This document shows positions 36,705 to 50,026 of a DNA stretch of 64,000 nucleotides, one piece after another. A model generated the notes under the pieces. That model had not been told where the DNA came from. It ran no database searches and saw only the letters and a list, made by a program, of their open reading frames with translations. This DNA is from Octopus bimaculoides. Taxonomy: Eukaryota. The stretch spans positions 64,045,706-64,109,705 of the forward strand of contig NC_068990.1 in NCBI RefSeq assembly GCF_001194135.2, written 5' to 3'. Position numbers and translations under genes: made by a program. Each line of letters opens with the position of its first letter. The stretch's first letter is position 1.

Positions 36705-39257
36705 TTAATTCTAACCATAGATTTTAGAATTCATTTATTATAACTTTTTTAATGCTTGACTATTATGATGACTTCAATCCTATAAAAAATGCTAATTTAT
36801 ATGATTGTAGGACATATCAGGACTAGAATTTTCTCTAAAGTTACTAATTCTAATTAACTGAAACAAGCTTTAATTATTTATTTGTTCCCATCTGCATATT
36901 TTCAAATTTATAATTTACATGTTAGATGATGGACGAAATTTGACTATTTTAATTATCCTTTTCCTGGTGAAATATCCATGATTTTTAAACATTTTAGAAT
37001 TTCCCAAATATTCTCCACTGCTAATTAACTGTGAGAAGATTTAATTATCTAGCTATAATTATACATCATGGAATACATAATTTTTCACTTGGTTAAAATT
37101 TGAATTTTAGCAATGAAAATGCAAATTTTTATAATTTCAAGATACAGAAAAATTTTCTCTGATTTTTTAGACTTATTCATTCAGATATACACTTTTCCCC
37201 CTCTTTTACTGGTTTCAGTGATCACATTGTGGCCATGCTAGAGCATTGCTTCAACAGTTTTTATTCAATCATATTGATCCAATATTTATTTCAGTTTGGT
37301 ACATATTGATCTCTATTTTTTAATTAATCTATTATGGTTATTTTACGTAACTAGACACAGCCGATGCTAGTTTGCACAGTACACATAAGCAAATACACAG
37401 TCAGAGATACACACACATAGACATACATACACACATATGTATGTGTCTCTTCTGCATTTAATCTTTCAAGTTGTTCCTCTGAAGAAGGAGCTGGTTTCTA
37501 ACAAAGATACAAAGCTCTATCTTTGAAATGTAGATAACAAAAATAATTTCACATTTTAAGCCCGAGAAATGTCTTGCATAGTTTCACTGTTCTTCTTACA
37601 GATTGTATTTGTAATGTGCAAAATCAGTTGGTTGATTTCTTTTTCTGAAAATCCAAGCTTATCCAGACTGGTAGTTAGGCATTTACTTACAAAACCAAGT
37701 GCTCCAATTATTATTGGTATAAATGTAAATTTGTAATCTGGATATAGAAGCTGGAGCTTTCAAAGAAAATGCATGTGTGTGTGTGTGTATGAATACTCTG
37801 TCTCCAAACATCTAATGGTGTGTTGTATTCTATACCCATGAAATTTTAAATAATGGTGGAGCAAAGTCAAACTGTTAGCAGATACTTGTAACTCCTACTA
37901 AATGTGTTGAGTGCTACTTTCTATCATTTGTTTGTTCACTGTGTGCATGTGTGGATAGATAGTGAAGGTGTGCGACTTAGTGGTTAGGGTACTCAGCACA
38001 TGATCATAAGGTTGTGAGTTCGATTCCCAGGGGTGTGGTATGTCCTTAAGCAATACACTTTATTTGACATTGTTCCAGGCCACTCAGATGGCAAAAATGA
38101 GTTGTACCTGAGTTTCAAAGGGCCATCCTTGTCACATCCTGTGCCACACCGAATCCCCCTGAGATCTATGTTAAGGGTACATGTGTCTGTGGAATTCTCA
38201 GCCACATGCACATTAATTTTGTGTACAGGCTGTTCTGTTGATTGAATTAACTGGGACCCTCATTGTCCTAACCGATGGAGTACGATTAATTAGATAGATA
38301 GACATATGCATATATAAGCTGATTTCTTCATAATTTCTGTCTACCAAATTCCACTCACAAAGAATTAGTTAAACTGAGACTAAAGTAGTTAAGTAGGTGC
38401 TACTCAGAAGCATTCATCATCATCATCATCATCTAACTTCCGCTTTCCATGCTAGCATGGTTCGGATGATTTGACTGAGGTCTGGTGGATCAGGAGGTGA
38501 CACCAGGCTCCAATCTGATTTGGCAGAGTTTCTACAGCTGGATGCCCTTCCTAACGCCAACCACTCCAAGGGTGTCATGGGTGCTTTTACGTGCCACCTG
38601 CACAGGAGCCAGTCCATCGGCACTGGCAACGATCTCGCTCGGATGTCTTACTGGCAACGGCCACTGTGATATAAACTTATTCACCATACAATTATACCAG
38701 TGCCTAGATAGGATAGAATTTCTAAAAAACTGAGACAAGTTCAATTCTTTACTTGAGAACTTCTAAACACTTTATAATATTTTCCAATTTTGTAGTGATG
38801 TAAAATTTGGCAATTTTCATATTAAAACCACACATTTTATTAATTTTCAGTTAGGCTACAATTTTTGGAATTTCTCCAGTCTTACTCATGTAAATCACTT
38901 ATAGCAAATTTTAATTCTTTATTTAGGTCTGTGCATGCATCGAATTGTTAATTTCCATCTGTTGTCTAGACAGGTCAAGTTTCTATCAGCTGCTAATATC
39001 ATGTAACCCAGTACAAACCCCTCCATTGTGAGGTGGTTGGTAATTAACTATTAGGCCATCAACCCCACCCAGTTTACTGAGTGAGGACGATACATAGATC
39101 CCTATCGTATTACAATGATGCAAGTCAAAGGGCAGAAGAGCTCCTCACAGAAAAACCAATGGGTGTCTGTACCTGTAGAGAAGTTAGATGCCAGTAGATT
39201 ATCTACCTATTGAAATTTATACATAATTGAGGTGAAATTAGATTGTATCATTGGTAT

Positions 39258-39668
39258 GGTCATGTTGTGTAGTAAGAAGTTTGCTCCCAAACCACATGGT
39301 TCCAGACTTGAGTGTCTTCTGCTATAGCTATGGGCCAACTAAATCTTTATGAGTAGACTTGGTTGGTGGAAACTGAAAGAAATCTATCGTGTGTGTGTGT
39401 GTATGTATGTGTATGTACGTGTGTATTTGAGTGTGTGTGTATACATGTGTGTGTCTTTGTGTCTGTGTTTGTCGCCCACCACCACCTGATGACTGGTGTT
39501 GGTGTGTTTACGTCCCTGCAATCTAGCAGTTCAGCAAAAGAGATCAATATATACGTACCAGGTTTAAAAAAAAAAAGGACTGTGGTTGATTTGTTCAATT
39601 AATATGTGTCAAGGCCATGCCTCAATATGGCTGCAGTCTAATGACTAACAAGTAAGAGATGAGAGAAG
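39258..39668 (+). mobile_element. CORE-type SINE family E, plus copy
   Basis: Same architecture with an internal deletion in the head; tail-to-tail with the minus copy at 39790-40256. Confidence 0.8.
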
Positions 39669-40030
39669 ACAAGAGTGTCGCAAGCTATAAATTTGTGGTC
39701 CCCTTAAGCTCTTCTACAGAAAGACTTGAACCAGAAAACATGTTATTGAAAAGCAAACTCCTTCCTCACACAGCAATGCCTATGCCTATTCTTTTATTCT
39801 TTTACTTATTTCAGTCATTTGACTGCAGCCATGCTGGAGCACTGCCTGAAATGTTTTTTTAGTTGAAGAAATCGACTCCAAGACTTGTTCTTTGAAAGCC
39901 TAGTACTTATTTTATTAGTCCCCTTTGTTGAAATAAGTTACAGGGATATAAACACACCAACATCAGCTGTCAAGTGATGGTGGAGGGGACAAACACAGAC
40001 ACACACGTATGCACATACGCACACAAATAT

Positions 40031-40109
<79 letters not shown>

Positions 40110-40693
40110 TACACAACAGGTTTCTTTCAGTTTCCATCTACCAAATCCACATATAAGGCTTTCAGCCCAATGTTATAGTAGAAGACACTTGCCCAAGGTG
40201 CTACATAGTGAGACTGAACCTGGAAATATGCTATTGGGAAGAAAGCATCTTCTCATTATGTGAACATGTGTGCCCCTAACCACACATATGTGTATGCTTA
40301 TATCTTCGTCGATGGTTGTATGAGCGAGTATACATGCACCATACAGCTTGCATGAGGGTATTTATACATCCATATCCATCAACAGTTATTTTTAATACTC
40401 TTCCCACTGTATTGCATGTTTGTTTCTCTTTTGCATCTGTTATTTTACTTTTGGTCTGCTATACAAATGAAGATATATCCTTTAATTTGCTGCTTTTCTT
40501 TACATGTAAAGAGAAGGTACATTGCAGAATGAGTTATATCTATTTATCACTTGAAGAAACACATCTACACCGCTGGATGCTCTTGAACCAGTTGTTAAGT
40601 ATCCTACCCATGAGGGATCGGTGTTAGATGTGTCAAAACAATTGTCATGATTAATAAAAATTCTCATATGTTCCATCTTCTGTCTTTCATTTA

Positions 40694-40734
<41 letters not shown>

Positions 40735-40971
40735 TACAGAGTTCACCAAAAAAAAATATGTACACACTTCAAGAAAGGAAACGTCTGTATAAATATTTTA
40801 ATTCAGTGTTATTGCAATTTGATAAAACATCAGAAGAAGTATCTACATTTATAGAGGTATTTATACAAATTAAATATTTATACAGCTTTTTCCTTTCCTG
40901 AAGTATGTATACAATTTATTGTCAGACTCTGTATGTATGTATGTATGTATGTATGTATGTATGTATGTATG

Positions 40972-41048
<77 letters not shown>

Positions 41049-41656
41049 CCAAGCAGGCATCAGACTGATTGAGCTCAGCCAGACACACTGTGTCCTGTCT
41101 TCTTCTCCCATGTGATATCGTTGGTCATCATCAACAATGACTGATGAACTAATAACATATGTTTCAATAACTGTTCTATGTTTATGTATCTGTTTTGCAA
41201 GATTCCTGATGTGAAATCGTGTGTTGAATCAGATATTGTTATATCTGGGGATCGTCATATTTTTGCCAATTGTATGCTTGGACTTCACTTCAGCTTTAGT
41301 ATTATTCTTCTTTTAGTGTCCTTTGTCTGAAATCTTTCATCATACCTCCTGTGACCTCTTTAGTGACTCTCCATCCTACGTGTCTCCTCCTGTTCTGTTT
41401 TGTCCATTCTAAGACACGAGATACATGGGATGGAGAGTCACTGAAGAGGTCACAGGATGTGTGACCAAAAATTTCAGATGAAGGACAATATAATAAGAAT
41501 AATAATAAAGCTGAAGTGAAGATCAAGTATACAGTGTGGGTGTTTAATTGGTAAAAAAATATGACCATCCCCAAATATAACAGTAATTAATTTATACTTT
41601 TCATGTAATATTTCACATGAAATTAATGCTACAATAATTAAACTCTCTTCATTCAG

Positions 41657-41812
41657 GTGACAACTTTGAACCACAAATATTTCCGAACACACCTTGAAGA
41701 CAGCCTTTCTTTGGGTCGGCCTCTGCTCATTGAAGATGTCGGCGAAGAACTTGATCCAGCATTAGATAATGTTCTTGAAAGGAATTTCATTAAATCTGGT
41801 TCTACATTCAAA
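41657..41812 (+). CDS. DNAH5: Dynein heavy chain exon 12 (AAA5)
   Basis: cattcag|GTG ACA ... TTC AAA|gtaatg; [52 protein letters not shown]; 156 nt, phase 0-0. Follows a 13,540-nt intron. Confidence 0.95.
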
Positions 41813-41895
41813 GTAATGTTTTTCTCTAATGTTTTTTTTAATTATTTTGTGCTGTGTTGTACATTTGTGTATGCATGTATATATGTTTTTGTTAT

Positions 41896-41931
<36 letters not shown>

Positions 41932-41994
41932 ATACACACACACGTGTGTGTGTGTAGTAGAATGCATACAGTTAAGTCGAAAATCTGTCAGAAT

Positions 41995-42305
41995 CCTTAG
42001 GACAGCAAAATGTTTCACAGCATTTTGTCCATTTTTACATTCTGAGTTCAAATGCTTCTGTGATCAATGTTGCCTTTCATTCTATAAGATGGCAAACTGG
42101 CAGATGCGTTAGCATGCCGGGCAAAATGCTCAGCGGTATTTCATCGACCTTTTTGTTCTGAGTTCAAATTCCACCAAGGTCAACTTTGCCTTTCATTTTT
42201 TTGTGAGTCGATAAAATAAGTACCAGTTGATCACTGAGGTCATTGTAATTGACTTACCTTTTCCTCTGAAATTACTGGCCTTTTGCCAAAATTTGAAATC
42301 AATAT
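41995..42305 (+). mobile_element. SINE family A: partial plus full copy
   Basis: Family A head and core motifs twice. Other single copies at about 23645-23760 (-), 31440-31590 (+), 46828-47030 (-) and 58762-58965 (-). Confidence 0.8.
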
Positions 42306-44004
42306 AATATATATAGCTGGGTACACTATATACTCTTTCAGGGGAGTAAGATGTGCTTTCTGTCATGGCACTTTCATTACATTATTTTATAATTAATTCC
42401 ACCAAATTGGTGTTGTGTGGTCTCATATGACCAGCATACACACACACACACACATACACACACAAACACTGTGAGACTGAAGACTTTGTCCTTGAATTAG
42501 TTCATACCATATTCCTGGCTGTAACTGCACTACTACTTAATCCATCATTCTTGCCTGCATTTAATGGCAAGTTACATTTGTAGGGAATGTAACTTCAAGT
42601 TTCCCTACAAGTTACATTTGTAGGGAAAGCATTTTTTCTTATGTCATGGTCAAGAAATGAAGAAGATATTGCAAGCGTGAGGTGCTTCCATATTGTTGTG
42701 ATTGACCATTTGTAGTGTATTCTAATGACTACTGGAAATCAGAAAGATTGTACAGCTGAGCTCTTGATAAATGATTAAGTTCAATAGGTATCAAAGACCA
42801 CAAACTGATACAACTATGGCTTGTAATTATATTACACACCTGAAAACTGTTGGACAATAGCACTATAGTTGTTAATCTTTCACATTTCAAATTCTAAAAG
42901 CAAAGTATTTTCTGTAACTTATCATTGGAATGGAAAAAAAAAAATTAAGAGATAGAGAGAGGCAAGAAAACTTTTGCTAACTGGAAACATATTGTTTTAG
43001 TAAGAGAGATATGAAATAAAGTTTAATGTAATGACACTTTCTCCTCAATTTTAATGGAAATAACATTTTTATATTCAATAATTTTAGCTGATTTTATTGG
43101 TAATGAACTTTCATACATCAAAATCTGTAATGTCTCCCTAGAAGGTCATACATTCTAATTGAAAACCTTTCACCTGGAAAACTATGTCTCTACATTATTC
43201 TGGGTTATAGTATTTCTCTTGTTAGATGTATATCATCATCATCGTCATTGTCATCATCAGTAGCAGCAATAGTATTATTTGTGTTGTTATTGTTTTTATT
43301 ATTATTCTTGATTTTTGAATGCTATAGTTTAAATTTTTTTTTCGATTGAAACTGCCATTCCAAAAGAAAATGTCCTCTCTTTAATAATAATGGTTTCTTT
43401 CATAGACATAAAGTTTAAAATTTTAGAGAAGGGTTAAAAAAAAATGATACATTATGGTGATTTTCCCAGCATGGTGTGGTGGGGGTATAAAATCTAAATG
43501 AAATGAAATGGTGAGGAATCTAAGACAGATTGTAGATTGAGTACACCAAAAAACTTATTGCTGTGCTATATTGTAGGACTTCATAATAAAAATAATAAAT
43601 GGACAACATTTATATATAGAATATTTTACTTGGAGATGCAATCTGTATGAAAAGTAATGGTTTAGCTGAGTTAATATACTCACTGCAGGGTGCATACAAA
43701 GTTAATTGAAAATAATTACTTGGTGAAGAAACTATGAATTTTAGCTATTGACTGATAGTAATTTAATTATTTCCCGAAGACAACTCCAGTCATATTATGA
43801 CCTTGTCTAGTTAATGCTTTGTTGCTCCCTCATTAGCTTAACTGCTGTGTTTCATGCTGAATAAATTTTTCTACAAATAATTTGTGTCTTCTGCACCAAC
43901 ACTTAGTGAAATTTCCAGCAAGTACATTGTGGTCTATACTTTGCTGATAATATCATAATAATAGCAAAACATGGTCTCCCATATTTTCAGCAATAAATAA
44001 AATA

Positions 44005-45270
44005 CAAGGGTTGACTTAAAAGTTCATAGGCTAACTATGAAGGAGTGATGCTAGAGCTGTGAAATCTTACTTGCATTAATTTAAACTCTTATTAATAACT
44101 ACATAGTCTTTTCCCAGGTAAACTGACATCTGACTGTTCAAAGCAGACTTCAGAAGAAACTAGTAGCAACTTCTCTTGACAATGGACAAAATTTGGTATT
44201 GCAGAAAAACGGTTTAACCCCTAAGGACATTCATGCTGACATATTTGCTGCATTTGGAGATGATGCTCCCACTTTATCAATAGTGCAAAAGTGGGAAGCT
44301 GAATTTAGGGAGAAGCAAGAATCTTGAAGATGGCCCTATATCTGGATTCCAGCAACTGCCACCATCTACAAAAACGTTGATCATGTTCCTCACATAGTGA
44401 TGAATGACAAGCAATTGACTATAAGCCAAATAGACAATGCTATTAGCATATCCCATGAGAGTTGAGAATATTTTGCTCAATGAGCCTGGAATCATGAAGG
44501 TTTCTGCTTGGTGGGTGCAATGACTTCTGAAACCTATTCAAAAGTGCACCCACATCATGGGAAAATCTGACACTGTCTGAGGCAGATCCACCTGGTTCCC
44601 TTGAATATTTCCTAACCCACGATGAATGTTGGGTTCATCACTTTGAGCCAGAGACTAAGACAATCCATGTAGTGGAAACACCCCACCTCACCTTCTCCAA
44701 AGAAGGCCAAGGTTGTTTCATCTGCATGGAAGGTGATGGCCTCAGTTTTTGGGGATGCAAATGGCAATTGTGTTCATTGACTATCTTCAAAATGGTCATA
44801 CCATCAATGCAGAGTACTTTGCTAAGTTTCTGAGGTAGTTACAAAAGGCCATCCAGACCAAATGCTCAGGAAAACTGACAAAAGGGATCTTGTTTCATCA
44901 GGACTTCTGTACTCCAGCATACAAGCCCTTAGTTTGTACATGATTGTGGCTGCACATGATTGTGGCTTTGAACTGGTTTATCACCCTCTCTATTCTCCTG
45001 ACTTGTTCCCATTTTACTACCATCTGTTCCCCAACATGAAAAAACACTTGGCTGGGAACCAGTATTGCAGTGATGATAACATCTTACCTGCTGTTGATGA
45101 CTTTTTCCCCAACAGGATGAAAGCTTCTTCACCAATCAGATCCAAGTACTGCAACGCCAATGGAAGAAGTGCATGGGCCACAAGGGGGACTATGTTGAAA
45201 AATAAACTTCATTTGGTCATATTCCATCAGAGTATTTTGGTCAGCCTATGAGCTTTTCAGCTGACGCCCA
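44005..45270 (+). mobile_element. Near full-length decayed mariner (DD34D-type) element
   Basis: TA|caagggttgacttaaaagttcataggctaac ... gtcagcctatgagcttttcagctgacgccca|TA (diverged ~31-bp TIRs, 1266 nt). Motifs WWVQ*LL, HDECWVHHFEPETK, FHQD, YSPDLFPFYYHLFPNMKK; many stops and frameshifts. Confidence 0.9.
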
Positions 45271-47767
45271 TATCAGTTTTGTTTTACTCACAATATAACT
45301 ATTTCTATTTAGATTTTTAATGACTTCCAGTTAACACTAACCCTAAATTAACTTATAGAAATTTTTTTATCAGGGTGGTTATAATGCTTGACTACTCACA
45401 GATTATAAAATCAAATTCGACTTTGTTTTTAAAGGTAACATATTCTATTTAACTCAATCAAATCTGTTTGAGAAAATAAAAGCCTTCACTTTCATATTAA
45501 AATTCATTTTACTATTTGGAAGCAGCTGCTATGAAGAATAGTTGCTCTTTCATTTCAAATAAAAGTTTGCTGAATCATCAGATTGAAAAACTTGGGTGAG
45601 AAAATGTTTTTAAAAAATTAAATAAAACAAGGAAATTTGGCTTGGTTCTATGGAAATTTTAAAATATCCATAAATATTATATATACTGCATCATATGATA
45701 AATGCTTTCTTTTATGTATTTACTTTTTGTTTCAATTTAAAACAATTTTACTATGTTTTCTATAGAATAACTTAGAACAATTGATTATACTTCTTTCTAG
45801 AAATTGGCTGGCATGGTGACAAATTTTCGTAGAATATTTTCTTATAGAAAGCACTTATATTTTTTTTTTCTTTCTTTCTCTATGATGATACTTCTCACAA
45901 AATAGAAATTATTTGAAGATAAATGGTTACAAAATATGATATGTGAAAAGAAAGCAAATACAGAGTGTTTGATATTAATTATTTTTGGGGTTTTTTTTTT
46001 TTATAAGTGGAAGATTTAGTTATTGATTTTGACTGAAAGAAAATTGTGTAAGTTGGCAAAATGTTTAAGACTGAGACTCTTGTATCTAGCCAAGAGTTAA
46101 ATTATTGCAGCATTGATTGCATTAGATTTTTATCTGTTGTCATATATAATAGACATCAATCAAATTTCTGAAGAAATTCTGCAATGCTCAGATCATAAGA
46201 TGTTATCATTTCAGCTCAGACCTTTAGCTTCTTTCTTATAATGGAACAGAAACTGAAGATCTGTTGGATATTAATTCATTAAATTATTTACAATAATAAT
46301 CTGTGTTAAAATGAGTTATTTAATGGTTGTAGATTGAGATGCAGTCTTAAAAAGAGATGTAAGAAATACCATTACTTTCACTAATAAGACACTTTATTTT
46401 ATACTAACAAAAACACACTTTTAGCTTCCTAAGTACAGTCGTTATCAACATACAGATTTCAATTAGAGACTGTCTTTCAATAATTCCTATAAAATTTCTC
46501 CCATTGAAGCGCTGTAAGAGTTTCTACCTGTCTGGAAGTGAGTTATTAAAGTCATAATAACTATTAAATTTGAAGCCACAATAATAGTGACAGTAGTGGT
46601 GATGACAGTGGTGGTGGTGACAGTTATGGTGGTGGTGGTGGTGATGGTGGCAGACCATCTTGATATCTGTTAAGTTAAATGGCAAGATCATTGATCTGTG
46701 ATAACTCTGTGATTGGTATTATTATGAATCTTTCAAAATAATATATAGTTTCTACTTCAATAAACTTAAGTGAAAAAACTGTAAGTACAATGACTGTTGA
46801 ATGATAAGGTAGTGGCCAATGAGAGAATAATGGTTTTTAATTTAGGCCAGTCATTTTTTGGAGAGGAAGAAATTAGTCAATACCGTTGATTCTAATTCTT
46901 CATTGGTACATTATTTTTATCAGCCCTGAAAGAATGAAAGCAAAGTTGACCATGACAATATTTTGATCTCAGATTGTAAAGCACTGAAACAAATATCACA
47001 CTACTCAAACAACTCTGCCGGCTTACAACATTGAGCAAAATTTTATCCAATGTTAATGCTTATAGAAACTTTCAAGGTATACATATATATATTGTGTGGG
47101 GGTGGGTGAGGCGAATAGTTATAAAAGTATTAATAAAATTAAAAGAACTGTTAATCCTATGACTTTTTATTATGTCACAGAAAAAAAGTAATCTGTAATA
47201 TTTGAGCACACTAAGTAGAACATTATAACATTACACCCTTCTAATGTTGTCACTGAAGAAATTCTAAAATGTCCTTATTGCAAAGTTGTTGATTATTTTT
47301 GGCTTGTACACTTTGAGCTTGCATTTCATTACTTGAACAAGAGATTTCTGTAATTAAATCCTGTAAAAATATTTCAATCCTTCAGAAACCAAACCAGACA
47401 AGACTTTGCTTAATCGTTAAAAGACAGCAGGTCACCTTTAAGCCAGAACCTCATGCTTCCAGCTCATTCAAAGATTTATTAGTTATTAACTCAAAACAAG
47501 ACTACATAAAATTGAACAAAAAAATCTGATTTAGGTTTTGTTCAGAATGTGTCAATCTAACTTTAATCCAGCTATTTAAATTTTCAAAACTGTAAAACTG
47601 TTTTAGTTCATTCAAAAACCCTTGTTGTTTAATTAATTTCTTTGACTTGCTTTTTTCTTTTTCCTTTTCTATTTTTGTGGGCACCTTCTTGCTTACATGA
47701 ATAAAAAAAACATGGTGATTAAAGAGCTGATTTCTAAATAAATCCAACTGTGTTTATAAAATTACAG

Positions 47768-47950
47768 GTAAAAGTTGGTGATAAGGAGATTGATATAACA
47801 AAGGGCTTCCGTATCTACATTACTACAAAGTTACCAAACCCTGCATACACTCCTGAAATTTCAGCCCGCACATCTATAATTGACTTCACAGTCACCATCA
47901 AGGGCTTAGAAGACCAACTCCTTGGAATTGTTATTCTGAAAGAAAAACAG
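47768..47950 (+). CDS. DNAH5: Dynein heavy chain exon 13 (AAA5)
   Basis: attacag|GTA AAA ... AAA CAG|gtaaga; [61 protein letters not shown]; 183 nt, phase 0-0. Confidence 0.95.
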
Positions 47951-49346
47951 GTAAGAATTACATACACACACATATACTCAAATGCGCAAACACACATACA
48001 CACACGCTCAAACACTCATATAATTATGATTTTAATTTTACTGACCATACATGCACTTCCTATTTCATCTCATATCCACATTGTACCTGGACCTCATGTC
48101 TCTTTCCTCTCTCTCTTTCTTTCTCTCTCTCACATTCAGCTGGGCAAGCCATGTATACACCCCTTCAGCAAGACATCTGCTTCTCTTCCTTTATTATAGT
48201 TTCTTTCTCCAGTCTATAGCTCACTCAGCTGAGGGGTCTTATCTTGTGGGTACTTGGTGACCTCACTGGTGCTGGTGCCACATAAAAAGCACCCAATACA
48301 CTCTGTAAAGTGGTTGGCATTAGGAAAGGCATCCAGCTGTAGAAACCATGTCAAAGCAGACATAGAACCTGGTGGAGACCTCTGATTCATCTTTCTTGTG
48401 AAACTGTCCAACCCATACCAGTGTAGAAAAAGGGACGTTAAATGATGATGATGATGGCATGCACATAAAGTGTTGAAAGTGTACTTGATTCCCAGTATAT
48501 CACTGCTATTTATTTTACTGTACTTTACAGACTATTCATTTTACTAAACCTAGAGAATGGACAAAAATTTAGTAAATTCAGGAACATACTGTTCAGTTGA
48601 CCTCTGTACACTATGCTCTGCCTAACTGACCTCTAAGTCTTACATTCTTACATTTTGATGTCTACAAGGCAGTTACAAGTTAGAGTATGACTATGCAAAA
48701 CACTCAGACTGTAGCATATTCATTTGTTAGTAAGTGATTATTACTTTCATAACAAGTATATTAATGATATATTATTGGTTAAAAATCGTTAGATATCAGT
48801 CTCATAAAGATTCATTAAGTGTATCAGATAAATTCCAGAAAAGGTATTTCTTTTTCACCTATGAATGACAATAATCAGAATAACTATAAAATGACTACTG
48901 AATTGATATTCTATCATCTGGCTTAGAAATAATTTCTACTTTAGAAATTATAATTCAATAAGTCTAGATAGAAGAATGAGATATAACATAAATTTCCTGA
49001 AGACTTCTGTAGTCTAAGAATTAAAAACCATCAAACTTAAGATAGTGTTAAAAGAAAATATACATCATCATCATTATCATCATCATCATCACCACCAGCA
49101 TCAGCAGCATTGTTTCAATGTCCACTTTTCCATGGTTGTTGAATGGAAAAGAATTTGTTGATGCAGATTCTCTGTAATTGAACACCTTTCCTGTCACCAA
49201 CCCTCACCTGTTTCCCAGTAAAGTAATATTTCCCCATGTGACCCAGACATGGCAGATTGGAAATGAGGACTGTTTGCATGACAGTGCACTTATTTACAAC
49301 TATCACATGATATCATGGCAAAGAGACACAAATACACACATTTATA

Positions 49347-49410
<64 letters not shown>

Positions 49411-50026
49411 TATATATATATATATATATCTGTAAAAATATGTGACACTTATTNNNNNNNNNNNNNNNNNNNNNNNNNNNNNNNNNNNNNNNNNNNNNNN
49501 NNNNNNNNNNNNNNNNNNNNNNNNNNNNNNNNNNNNNNNNNNNNNNNNNNNNNNNNNNNNNNNNNNNNNNNNNNNNNNNNNNNNNNNNNNNNNNNNNNNN
49601 NNNNNNNNNNNNNNNNNNNNNNNNNNNNNNNNNNNNNNNNNNNNNNNNNNNNNNNNNNNNNNNNNNNNNNNNNNNNNNNNNNNNNNNNNNNNNNNNNNNN
49701 NNNNNNNNNNNNNNNNNNNNNNNNNNNNNNNNNNNNNNNNNNNNNNNNNNNNNNNNNNNNNNNNNNNNNNNNNNNNNNNNNNNNNNNNNNNNNNNNNNNN
49801 NNNNNNNNNNNNNNNNNNNNNNNNNNNNNNNNNNNNNNNNNNNNNNNNNNNNNNNNNNNNNNNNNNNNNNNNNNNNNNNNNNNNNNNNNNNNNNNNNNNN
49901 NNNNNNNNNNNNATATATATATGTATATATACATATATATATATATGTATATATACATATATATATATATGTATATATACATATATATATATATGATATG
50001 TATATATACATAATATATATATATAT

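Noticed and set aside
35520-37200. Recurring AT-rich motifs such as aatttctccagag / gaattttct suggesting a long-period satellite
   Set aside because: I could not establish a consistent period or unit by eye, and the pattern may reflect composition alone.
37470-37560. Second hammerhead-like pattern CTGAAGA...GAGCT/AGCTC...GAAATGT
   Set aside because: No stem I partner could be found and the stem II register conflicts with the core. It may be a very decayed PLE-type motif, but it is not supportable as it stands.
41650-47775. AG|GT junctions at exon starts (e.g. cag|GTGACA, cag|GTAAAA) suggesting recursive splice sites after long introns
   Set aside because: The GT comes from Val/Gly codons of the dynein sequence, and the downstream bases fit a donor consensus poorly. 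RNA-seq saw-tooth evidence would be needed.
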